From positions 1 through 35,166 of the forward strand of contig JANPGA010000023.1 of the NCBI GenBank assembly GCA_031423735.1: DNA of 35,166 nucleotides, written 5' to 3'. Position numbers and translations under genes: made by a program. Numbering within the stretch: position 1 is the stretch's first letter; each line of letters starts with the position of its first letter. The notes under the pieces are model-generated. The model was given only the letters and a program-made list of their open reading frames with translations. It was not told the DNA's origin and made no database searches. Below, piece by piece: positions 17,316 through 25,436 of this stretch. The DNA is from Bacteroidota bacterium. GTDB taxonomy: Bacteria > Bacteroidota > Bacteroidia > AKYH767-A > OLB10.

Positions 17316-17593
17316 CTTTGATAAGGTAGTTTCTTAAGGTTTTGATCTTATCATTATACTGCAAAACGATAAAATTGGCTATGAAAAAAAGCAGAAAAAA
17401 CACTTTTGTAAGATTATTAAAAAAATGAAGTGGTTTTTTGATTCACCTTACTGAGATTACGTCGTTAAATACTTCAAAGAATAATATTATTTACTTTTCC
17501 ATGCTAAAATAAAATGTAAGGTTTTAAATCTATTTGTTCACTTTTCATGATATTGCAAGCAAAAATATAATCTTCACAATACCTTACATTAAA

Positions 17594-18682
17594 TTATAAA
17601 AATTGAATTGCAGAGTTTACTTGCTCTTGAAGAACTGATGATTTGAATTTACTTGCAGTTATTTTGGCACCTATTGATAAATCTGAACAAATAGAACTAT
17701 TTGAAGATATATTATCAATAACTTCATCTAATTCCTTTACCTTTCTTACATCAATGGTATAGCCATTCAAACCAGTTTTTACAAATTCGGAAGGGCCTCC
17801 AACGGGTGGAGCAATAACAGGAACACCATAGCACATCGCCTCCAATAATGTTAATCCGAAGGTTTCAATACACCGAGCAGGATTAGTAAGATTTACAACA
17901 AGACTAGCTCGCTGATAAAATGGATGTAAATCCTTTTGTACTGAGAAAATTTGTAAATTAAATGGAAGATCTTCATACACAAAATAATGCTGAACCTCAA
18001 GCTCCGATGCATTTAAAACTAATTCGAATTTCAATGCAGGATGACGATGAGCTAATGATAAAAATTCATGAACTCCCTTGTACGTTTTGAGAGAACAAAC
18101 CATTAAGATGCAAAATTTTTCTGGTTGAACTTGGTGATAGCTATATGTTTCAGATTGGCTTACGAATTCATCTGGAAGAGCATTATAAACAACTTGAGAT
18201 TTTACATTCTTTAGGTGCTCAACTTCTGATAAATAATTAGAAACATATAATACAGTATTCGCAGTTGATGATGCTACATATTTTAAAAACATCTTTAAAG
18301 GTTTTGGTCGAATATAACTTTCATGCAAATGATACATTACCTTTTTACCCATTAATTTACCTGATAATGCAGCACCAAAAGGTAACAGTGTATTAACATA
18401 AATAATTACATCTTCATTTCGATATTTTAGTAATTGAAAAAATAGTATTAATTGGCTGAATAAAAAAAGAAATAATCTTCCAATCATATTGGAAACAAAA
18501 TGATAAGGAAAGTAAACTATTTTACATTGGATTCTTGACAAAAAACCTTCGCGATTTTTTGATGTATGTAATACAATTTCATGACCTGCTTTTTGTAATC
18601 CTTCTAATGCTTGAGTAAACACCAAAGGACTTCCGCTAAAGTCGTTTAATAGATGAACTGCTATTATTTTTTTTGATTTCAT
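17594..18682 (-). CDS. GT4/GT1-family glycosyltransferase
   Basis: 362 aa. The C-terminal ETFGLTLLEAMCYGVPVIAPPVGGPSEFV contains the EX7E motif of retaining GT-B enzymes. Confidence 0.85.
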   Translation of the reverse strand: MKSKKIIAVHLLNDFSGSPLVFTQALEGLQKAGHEIVLHTSKNREGFLSRIQCKIVYFPYHFVSNMIGRLFLFLFSQLILFFQLLKYRNEDVIIYVNTLLPFGAALSGKLMGKKVMYHLHESYIRPKPLKMFLKYVASSTANTVLYVSNYLSEVEHLKNVKSQVVYNALPDEFVSQSETYSYHQVQPEKFCILMVCSLKTYKGVHEFLSLAHRHPALKFELVLNASELEVQHYFVYEDLPFNLQIFSVQKDLHPFYQRASLVVNLTNPARCIETFGLTLLEAMCYGVPVIAPPVGGPSEFVKTGLNGYTIDVRKVKELDEVIDNISSNSSICSDLSIGAKITASKFKSSVLQEQVNSAIQFL

Positions 18683-18688
18683 TAAAAT

Positions 18689-19948
18689 CTAACTTGCTTT
18701 TTGCATTAATGAATCATATACATCTCGTAATCGTTCTCCTTTTAAATTCCAATCGAATTTCTCTATAAATGTATTTCTTGCCCCTTGTGATAATTCAATA
18801 TATCTAACTTTATCTTTATAAAGTAGATTTAACGCTGCAGCAAATTGTGTGATACTGGAATCATATCTTCCATAGGCGACAGAAATACCACAACTAGCAT
18901 CCACAAACTCTCCTGGACCTTCGTTTTTAAAACACAAAACTGGAACACCATAGGAAAGTGCTTCCGCTACTACCATTCCAGCTCCTTCATGTGATGGAAA
19001 TAAGAATACTTTTGATTGCGTATATAATTTTCTGAAGTCGCTACGATGTAACCATTCAATAAACTGAACAGCATTTCCAAGCTCTAATTCTTTAACTAAT
19101 CTTTTCAAATACTCCTTTTGAGGACCATCACCCACTAGTATTAATTTAGTTTTAATTCGATCATTAATTGGAAGCTGATGATAAAAACGAGAAAATGATT
19201 TTATAGTAATATCAAAACCTTTTAATGGCACAAATCGTCCTGCGGATAAAACTGTAAATCCATCGCTTGATAAATTACTTGGCATCAATGACAATGGAGC
19301 TTCAGAACTTACCGAAGGCATATGAATCGTTTGTTTAAGAGAAAGGTGCAAAAGTTTTGCAACCGTTGAATTCATTGTCAATACAGCATCTGCATGATTT
19401 ATAGTTTGTCGAAGGAAAGGATCGACATTCCAAAAATATTTTTTTAACAACCATTTTAACTGTTCAATGATATATGCTTTACGACCATAAACATGCAATA
19501 CATAATCCTTAGGAATTCGTGGATGATGACCAATGGGGCCCCAAACAAATGGCTTATTTAAAATCCATAATCGTGAAGGAGTCCAATCATTATGAAAATT
19601 TAGATTGTGAACAATATCAAAATCTAGTTTCTTTCGTCGAATATAGTAAGGTAAAAAATATTGCCACAAATAATAATATGGCAAAGCTCCTCTACTTCCT
19701 TTCTTCCAAAATCGCATCCAATACGGAAGATCAAAATAAACAAACTGAATATTTGCATAACATGATGATGGATGTTCCTGCATATATTGTTCAATATTTT
19801 TTCGTGTGTTTTTACGCACCACGGCAATTATTTTATTGAACCTTGCAATTTGAATTATAAAATTCCATCCCATACCATCTTCCGAACCATGATATGGATT
19901 TACTGCATATGCACTTAATAAAATTGTATTTGTTTTTTCCAATGACAT
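18689..19948 (-). CDS. GT4/GT1-family glycosyltransferase
   Basis: 419 aa. SHEGAGMVVAEALSYGVPVLCFKNEGPGEFV (EX7E). N-terminal SAYAVNPYHGSEDGMGWNF is common in EPS glycosyltransferases. Confidence 0.85.
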   Translation of the reverse strand: MSLEKTNTILLSAYAVNPYHGSEDGMGWNFIIQIARFNKIIAVVRKNTRKNIEQYMQEHPSSCYANIQFVYFDLPYWMRFWKKGSRGALPYYYLWQYFLPYYIRRKKLDFDIVHNLNFHNDWTPSRLWILNKPFVWGPIGHHPRIPKDYVLHVYGRKAYIIEQLKWLLKKYFWNVDPFLRQTINHADAVLTMNSTVAKLLHLSLKQTIHMPSVSSEAPLSLMPSNLSSDGFTVLSAGRFVPLKGFDITIKSFSRFYHQLPINDRIKTKLILVGDGPQKEYLKRLVKELELGNAVQFIEWLHRSDFRKLYTQSKVFLFPSHEGAGMVVAEALSYGVPVLCFKNEGPGEFVDASCGISVAYGRYDSSITQFAAALNLLYKDKVRYIELSQGARNTFIEKFDWNLKGERLRDVYDSLMQKAS

Positions 19949-19963
19949 GGTATTTATTTTAGA

Positions 19964-20695
19964 TTATCCTACCAACTTTAAGGCTAGCGGTATGGAATCA
20001 ACTGAATCTCTAAACCGAATTACTTTTGCAGGTACTCCTCCAATTACTGCATTTGCAGGCATACTTTTCGTAACCACTGCACCTGCAGCAATGACACAAT
20101 TTTCACCAATAATAACACCATCGAGAATAGTAACTTTTGCTCCAATCCAACAATTTCTATTAATGTGAATTCCTTTTCTACTTACTGATTGCAATCTAAT
20201 AAGTTTGTCATGTTCATTAAACGAATGATTCTCCGGATGACAACTAAAATAAGGTCCAATTATACAATCATCATCGATTGTAAGTCCGCCTGCACCACCT
20301 AAATGAGCAAACTCACCAATCCCCACATGTTTACCTATTCGAATAAAATCGCCTAAATCATTAAATGAAAAAGAAACTTTTAAATACGTATTTCCTCCTA
20401 TCCATGAATGATCATTAATAAATAATCCTTTCTTACCAAAAGCATTTACTTGAACATCATTACCAATTTGAACAGCTTTACCATATTTAAATTGTTTTTT
20501 ACCTTGAATGAAAACATTTCTTCCAATGAAAATGAAATTTTTATTTCCACTACGAATCATTAAAATTATACCTCTTAAAAGTGCTATGAACTTATTGAAC
20601 AAAAAAGGCCATAATATTCCGTTACTTACATTATCATTGATTGTAAATAATGGATTCTTCTTTTGACCGAAGTAAATAACAATTCTTCGAATCAT
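19964..20695 (-). CDS. Left-handed beta-helix (hexapeptide-repeat) O-acetyltransferase, WcaF/maltose-acetyltransferase-like
   Basis: Hexapeptide repeats NCWIGAKVTILDGVIIGENCVIAAGAVVTKSMPANAVIGGVPAKVI. The track start at 20779 is a TTG and overlaps the upstream gene by 83 nt. The ATG at 20695 (MIRRIVIYFG...) lies 1 nt after the upstream stop and is preferred. Confidence 0.85.
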   Translation of the reverse strand: MIRRIVIYFGQKKNPLFTINDNVSNGILWPFLFNKFIALLRGIILMIRSGNKNFIFIGRNVFIQGKKQFKYGKAVQIGNDVQVNAFGKKGLFINDHSWIGGNTYLKVSFSFNDLGDFIRIGKHVGIGEFAHLGGAGGLTIDDDCIIGPYFSCHPENHSFNEHDKLIRLQSVSRKGIHINRNCWIGAKVTILDGVIIGENCVIAAGAVVTKSMPANAVIGGVPAKVIRFRDSVDSIPLALKLVG

Positions 20696-20696
20696 G

Positions 20697-21452
20697 TTAA
20701 ATTTTCCAGAAAGTAGTTTGACATACAAAAAATGCCATTGGGCAAAAACCTGTGAACTTATGCATCTCTCTCCATTCAACTAATTCTGCGCCGCCCCAAT
20801 TAACAGGATTGTCGCTGTTATCTAATACCAGCCATCCTCCTGGTTTTACTTTTTTCAATGCTGCACGAATACAATCATTACGACGTGTAAAATCATTCAT
20901 TGAATCGATAAGTACTACATCATAGTATTCATTCTCCAATCTCTTAAGATCTGTAATTGCATCTGTACCTTGCATTACATTTAGATTGAATCGATTTTCA
21001 TTATACTTACCGGGATTTGAATGAACAGTTTTAATAATCATTTGTGCCCAATCAACATTATGTTCGTAAGTAGTAAGATTTACGCCTTTCTCTAAAAACC
21101 ATAATGAGCTATTTCCTCCACCAAGTTCCAATACTCGCATTCCTGGTCGCACTAATTTTTCTAAAAATTTAATTGCATCCAATACAATAAATGGAACAGG
21201 ATTTTTCATAATAGGAGACTTACGCGCTTGAAAATATGTTTTAACAACATATGGTAAACGAGCAACACTGTATAAAGAAGGGAAATTTCCTTCATAATCT
21301 GTAAAGCGTAAACTGGCTTTCAACTGCTCAACATGGCCGTCATCACATTCCCATTTTAATGTTGTACGACCTAATAATTTATCAATAATTGGTTTTTCAT
21401 AACTTGATTTAACCGTTTTTGCATTTGGTGGTGTAAAGTCTTGACGTTTCAT
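20697..21452 (-). CDS. Class I SAM-dependent methyltransferase
   Basis: 251 aa. Motif I MRVLELGGGNSSLW, motif II-like YDVVLIDS, and GGWLVLDN. Confidence 0.8.
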   Translation of the reverse strand: MKRQDFTPPNAKTVKSSYEKPIIDKLLGRTTLKWECDDGHVEQLKASLRFTDYEGNFPSLYSVARLPYVVKTYFQARKSPIMKNPVPFIVLDAIKFLEKLVRPGMRVLELGGGNSSLWFLEKGVNLTTYEHNVDWAQMIIKTVHSNPGKYNENRFNLNVMQGTDAITDLKRLENEYYDVVLIDSMNDFTRRNDCIRAALKKVKPGGWLVLDNSDNPVNWGGAELVEWREMHKFTGFCPMAFFVCQTTFWKI

Positions 21453-21477
21453 AGTTATAATTTAGTGTTACTTAATA

Positions 21478-22782
21478 TTAAAGTGCTGCCGAAATACATT
21501 GTTTCATTACAATATCTAATGTAAGATTGAGATCTGTATTATTAATGACCATATATCTCTGTGTTTTACTGCCTTTACTTAATTCATCGAACAACTCTCT
21601 ATATTCTGCAGTTAATGATTGAATATCCTCACTACTGAGTTCTCGCTTTCTACTTAAAATGATTTCAGGTGCTGCATATAGAAACACATTAACATTTGGT
21701 TTGAAAAGAAAATAATAGAATAGTTTAAGAAAACTTTTAGGAAGAACAATATTCGATCTCTTCGAATCAATGATAAAATCAAAATAATAACGATCGTATA
21801 AAACTGTATATCCTCTAAAAGTGTATCTGAAATAAATATAGAATTGCCCAAATAAATAATCTAAGTAGTAATAGGCAAATCGAAACAAGGAACTAATTTT
21901 ACTATTATTTTTCCCTTGTCGAGGAAGTACTTCTGTTGTTTTTCGCTCTGCATTTTGCTTACCATAACGGATTGAACTTAAAATTGGAAGTATAGATGGG
22001 CGGTGACGTAGTACAACAACTCGTTGACGATATTTCATCTGCAAACTTTGTCGTACACTTTCTAATATAGTAGATTTTCCGGAACCATCAACGCCACTAA
22101 AAGTGACAATTATTCCTCGGTTATGTATTAGATCACGAATTACATCGGTTAAATATCTTAATGTATTTAAAAACCTAAAAAAGTTACGATTTCCCGGTTG
22201 AAGTTTTATTGACTCAACTATTTTTTTTGAATCCTTACCTGTGTGTGAAAACAATTCATCTAATATGTTTAAAGTTAGCTTATATTTATGACATATATAT
22301 CCAAATATTTCTCTTCTTTCTTCAACATTAAATGATGAAAAATATTGAACATATCGATCAGGAGTATTTGCTCCATTAATTAAATTAAATAAAATAACAT
22401 ATTCAAACATATGTTTGATAGAAGAAACAGAAACACCTTCAGCCGTTTCTTTAGAATGTTTTAAAATATCCTTTGCATCGAGATAAATTACGCCTTTTCG
22501 ATCAAAACGATGTATCAGATCAACTTCTAAATAAGTACCATCTTTAAAAGAAATATTAACAAACGTTACAAACGATTTTTTATATAAGTGTACCCATTCA
22601 ATATTTCGACCATTTCTAATTATTTGAATAAAATTTTTTCTATCCTTTTGTTTAATCAATAAATCAATATCCGATGTTTCGGGAATTTCATCAATACTTT
22701 TATAAGTAAATTTTAGCATTGCATAATGAAACTCACTTGCAGCGCTAAAGAAATTATGAAGAAATTCTTGGCGATTGTTCAT
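21478..22782 (-). CDS. Two-domain protein: N-terminal Pol-beta-type nucleotidyltransferase-like domain fused to a thymidylate/deoxynucleoside-kinase-like P-loop domain. Function unknown.
   Basis: N-terminal ETSDIDLLIKQKD ... YLEVDLIHRF resembles the DxD / DxH pattern of uncharacterised NTases (PF14907-like, from memory). C-terminal half IIVTFSGVDGSGKSTILESV is a GxDGxGKST P-loop; a Tyr/Phe-rich segment and a lid-like SRKRE follow. Confidence 0.6.
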   Translation of the reverse strand: MNNRQEFLHNFFSAASEFHYAMLKFTYKSIDEIPETSDIDLLIKQKDRKNFIQIIRNGRNIEWVHLYKKSFVTFVNISFKDGTYLEVDLIHRFDRKGVIYLDAKDILKHSKETAEGVSVSSIKHMFEYVILFNLINGANTPDRYVQYFSSFNVEERREIFGYICHKYKLTLNILDELFSHTGKDSKKIVESIKLQPGNRNFFRFLNTLRYLTDVIRDLIHNRGIIVTFSGVDGSGKSTILESVRQSLQMKYRQRVVVLRHRPSILPILSSIRYGKQNAERKTTEVLPRQGKNNSKISSLFRFAYYYLDYLFGQFYIYFRYTFRGYTVLYDRYYFDFIIDSKRSNIVLPKSFLKLFYYFLFKPNVNVFLYAAPEIILSRKRELSSEDIQSLTAEYRELFDELSKGSKTQRYMVINNTDLNLTLDIVMKQCISAAL

Positions 22783-24167
22783 ATACTTGAAGCCGGATTG
22801 TCAGCAATATGTGTTGATTCTTCTAATGCTTCAAGCCAAGCATCCATCATCCATTGACTCTGAACCAATAACTCTTTTTCATTGATATATTGTCGTAAAT
22901 AATAACTGACATTAAACAATAAATACAAATTAAAATGTAATAACGAATTAATTTTATATTTATAAACGAGTTGTTTTATTAGAGGAGTTTGTTGCCAATT
23001 ACAAATGTTTTTCATAACTTCATCATATCCTTTTCTTTGTTGAAGTATTGTAGATTGAAAAGTAAAATGAAAAAGATCAAACAACATAGGAATACCGTTC
23101 CTTGCTAATTCCCAATCATAAACATATAATCGCTGGTCATCACAATACATATTCCATGGAGTAAAATCTCCATGAGAAACAGAGACTGGAATTTCATCTG
23201 CAACAGAAATTACATTATATAATTTTTTTAAGAGATATATAATTCGCTTTGTTTGATTTGAATTTAATCCATTGTTAAAAAGCATCTCTTGTTTTAGGAA
23301 TTCCATATTATTGGTAATCGTAATCCAAGCTGAGGTTTCAAAAATTAGTTTTCGTTCATGACTGATATTATAGAGTTCGGCAAGAGCTTTTGAATGAATA
23401 GCTGTTATACGATCGGCGGAAATAATTATTCCAGGCTTCACATTACTAATTCGAGCATTCCCATTTATCTTTTTTGACAAGGTTGGAAGACTCAAAGTAG
23501 TGAAGTCGTATTTTCCTAATGATGCTAGCATATCAATTTCGTTTTGTACTAGTTTTTTTGATGTATCAGTAACAGGAATTTTAACGAAACCCATACAGGT
23601 TTTACCTTTATGTATTTCCATTACAGCTTTCCTTGTAGCTCCTCTTGTTCCAGTAAAGAATGAAACTGTTTCATCCACTTCAATACCGTATTGTTGTTTT
23701 ACTTGATTTATCAAATTTTGTTGCAGATATATTGTTCCTGATACCAACCTGTTACCTTGACCAAATGTCCATGCTAAATGGCTAATCTGTTTATACAATT
23801 TTCCTTTCCAAGTTCCTGTATTATAAAGAGATAGGTATCCAGCTACATTTGAATTCGCTGGGAAAATCCATCGAATAGTTCCATCTGAATTATTGATAAA
23901 AAAGTACTTTACAGTGTCATTATTGGAAGAACTCCCAAGTAAAAGTGCATTTCCTGTCTTTTGAAAAGAGCATCCATCAATTGCTAAATCAATATAAAAT
24001 GCTGAATTATTATCTTCAACTAAAGGTTCTTGTAACAATTTAAAATTGCTTTTGAAAACTCCTGTAAGTCGGTGAAAAGGATCGAAGATGGCTAGCTCCA
24101 TTTTATTAGGAGCAAATACATCACGAAGTAATATTAAATCAGAAAGATAAATGGGGGTTGATTGCAT
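22779..24167 (-). CDS. APH/choline-kinase-fold phosphotransferase with an unassigned ~170-aa N-terminal extension
   Basis: Brenner motif VSHGDFTPWNM (HxDxxxxN), then the metal-binding YVYDWELA. N-lobe-like GTRGATRKAVMEIHKGKTCMGFVKIP...QNEIDML. 4-nt overlap with the downstream gene; the Wzy-like gene upstream overlaps it by 29 nt. Confidence 0.7.
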   Translation of the reverse strand: MQSTPIYLSDLILLRDVFAPNKMELAIFDPFHRLTGVFKSNFKLLQEPLVEDNNSAFYIDLAIDGCSFQKTGNALLLGSSSNNDTVKYFFINNSDGTIRWIFPANSNVAGYLSLYNTGTWKGKLYKQISHLAWTFGQGNRLVSGTIYLQQNLINQVKQQYGIEVDETVSFFTGTRGATRKAVMEIHKGKTCMGFVKIPVTDTSKKLVQNEIDMLASLGKYDFTTLSLPTLSKKINGNARISNVKPGIIISADRITAIHSKALAELYNISHERKLIFETSAWITITNNMEFLKQEMLFNNGLNSNQTKRIIYLLKKLYNVISVADEIPVSVSHGDFTPWNMYCDDQRLYVYDWELARNGIPMLFDLFHFTFQSTILQQRKGYDEVMKNICNWQQTPLIKQLVYKYKINSLLHFNLYLLFNVSYYLRQYINEKELLVQSQWMMDAWLEALEESTHIADNPASSI

Positions 24168-25425
24168 TTGGCTCAGTACGTTGATTTATACGTGAGGAAA
24201 TGCCGCTTGGTTCGATACTTATTGTAAAAACAAGCAAGAGGTAAAATAATATTCCATAATTTGTTTCACCAAAGATGCCAAACTCGGTTAACGAATTAAT
24301 AAGAATTGGAATAAACATTAGTAATGCAACTTTCTTTTGCTCTACATTTTGATATGTAATCATTGCATGCAAAAAGGAAGTTAGTTGTGTAAAAACAAGT
24401 AACAATCCTACTAAGCCAAGCCCAAGTAATACTTGTAAAAACGTATTATGAGTCATTGCTCCAGCGTAAGCATTTAACGATTCAAATTTATCAGCATAAT
24501 CAATCCTCATATAACCAAAACCTAACCAAGGTTCACGTGGGAAATTATAAGTAAGCAAATCACGCCAGAAAGGAATTCTACCAGTCATGCTCAGCACTTC
24601 ATCAATATTACTTTGTTTTATAAAAATTTGAATTCCAATAAGCGGGATAGCCAACACTATTAAAACTCCCAAAACAATTTTAAAAAATTTAGATCGTTGA
24701 AAATATGCAAACACCCCTATTACCAAAAGCATAGATATAAATGAAGATCGTGAACCAGTTAAAAAAAGCAGATACACAATTCCAAATATGATAAGCAAAG
24801 TTCGAATACTATATTTATCATTTTTATTGATCAATGGTAATAAAACAGCAATCCCAACTACTAACAACATTCCGAGTTCGTTTGGATTAATAATATAACC
24901 TCCTAAACGAGAAACTTCACCTCCATGTGTAAGTCGATAAAATTCATCTGGATTTACAATCATCCCAATACCAAAACCTAAGGCTATTAATACAATTGCT
25001 GGAGCTAAAATTTTATTTAAACTAAAATAATCGCCAGGGTAAATAGATTTATATGCGATCAATAATCGAGTGAAAAAAAATACGAAAACAAAATTTTCCA
25101 TATCCATAAAAAGCTGAAGCATCGAATAACGAATCGAGCTTGTCCATAACAATGAAGCTGCTCCCAATATTAGATATCCTGAATAAAGCCAAATTGGTAA
25201 TTGATAATTTACCTTATATAACGGGTTATCCTTCCGAAAATGTTGGATAATACATGCTACAATAACTATAAACGTTAATCCAGATCTTAATCCTGCTTTT
25301 AAGGCTTGCGTAATTACTAAATCTTCAGATAAAACAAAATAACTGATAATTCTAAAAAATATAATTGCAATTAGAAATAGTCGAAGCTCTCTTGCTGGAT
25401 TATTATTAATTGCTTTAGCTATCAT
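24139..25425 (-). CDS. O-antigen polymerase/ligase-family (Wzy-like) membrane protein
   Basis: 428 aa with ~10-12 predicted TM helices. FLTGSRSSFISMLL, and a large loop with ...GRIPFWRDLL..., typical of the Wzy_C family. Confidence 0.8.
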   Translation of the reverse strand: MIAKAINNNPARELRLFLIAIIFFRIISYFVLSEDLVITQALKAGLRSGLTFIVIVACIIQHFRKDNPLYKVNYQLPIWLYSGYLILGAASLLWTSSIRYSMLQLFMDMENFVFVFFFTRLLIAYKSIYPGDYFSLNKILAPAIVLIALGFGIGMIVNPDEFYRLTHGGEVSRLGGYIINPNELGMLLVVGIAVLLPLINKNDKYSIRTLLIIFGIVYLLFLTGSRSSFISMLLVIGVFAYFQRSKFFKIVLGVLIVLAIPLIGIQIFIKQSNIDEVLSMTGRIPFWRDLLTYNFPREPWLGFGYMRIDYADKFESLNAYAGAMTHNTFLQVLLGLGLVGLLLVFTQLTSFLHAMITYQNVEQKKVALLMFIPILINSLTEFGIFGETNYGILFYLLLVFTISIEPSGISSRINQRTEPNAINPHLSF

Positions 25426-25436
25426 TTTTAGTAGTA

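Noticed and set aside
17513-17590. Invertible (phase-variable) promoter like those of Bacteroides capsule loci
   Set aside because: The segment between the 10-bp inverted repeats is only 58 bp, shorter than the known invertible promoter segments I recall. No serine or tyrosine recombinase gene is present in the window. Kept only as a candidate fixed promoter/operator.
20696-20779. Extended N-terminus of the acetyltransferase (track start 20779)
   Set aside because: That start is a TTG and would overlap the methyltransferase gene by 83 nt. An ATG at 20695 lies 1 nt after the upstream stop and precedes the conserved region.
21478-24167. Stand-alone anti-phage defence pair (NTase + P-loop + kinase, CBASS-like)
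   Set aside because: The genes overlap their neighbours within a glycan operon (Wzy upstream, methyltransferase and acetyltransferase downstream). No effector-type domain (nuclease, TIR, pore-former) is evident. A glycan-modification role is more parsimonious.
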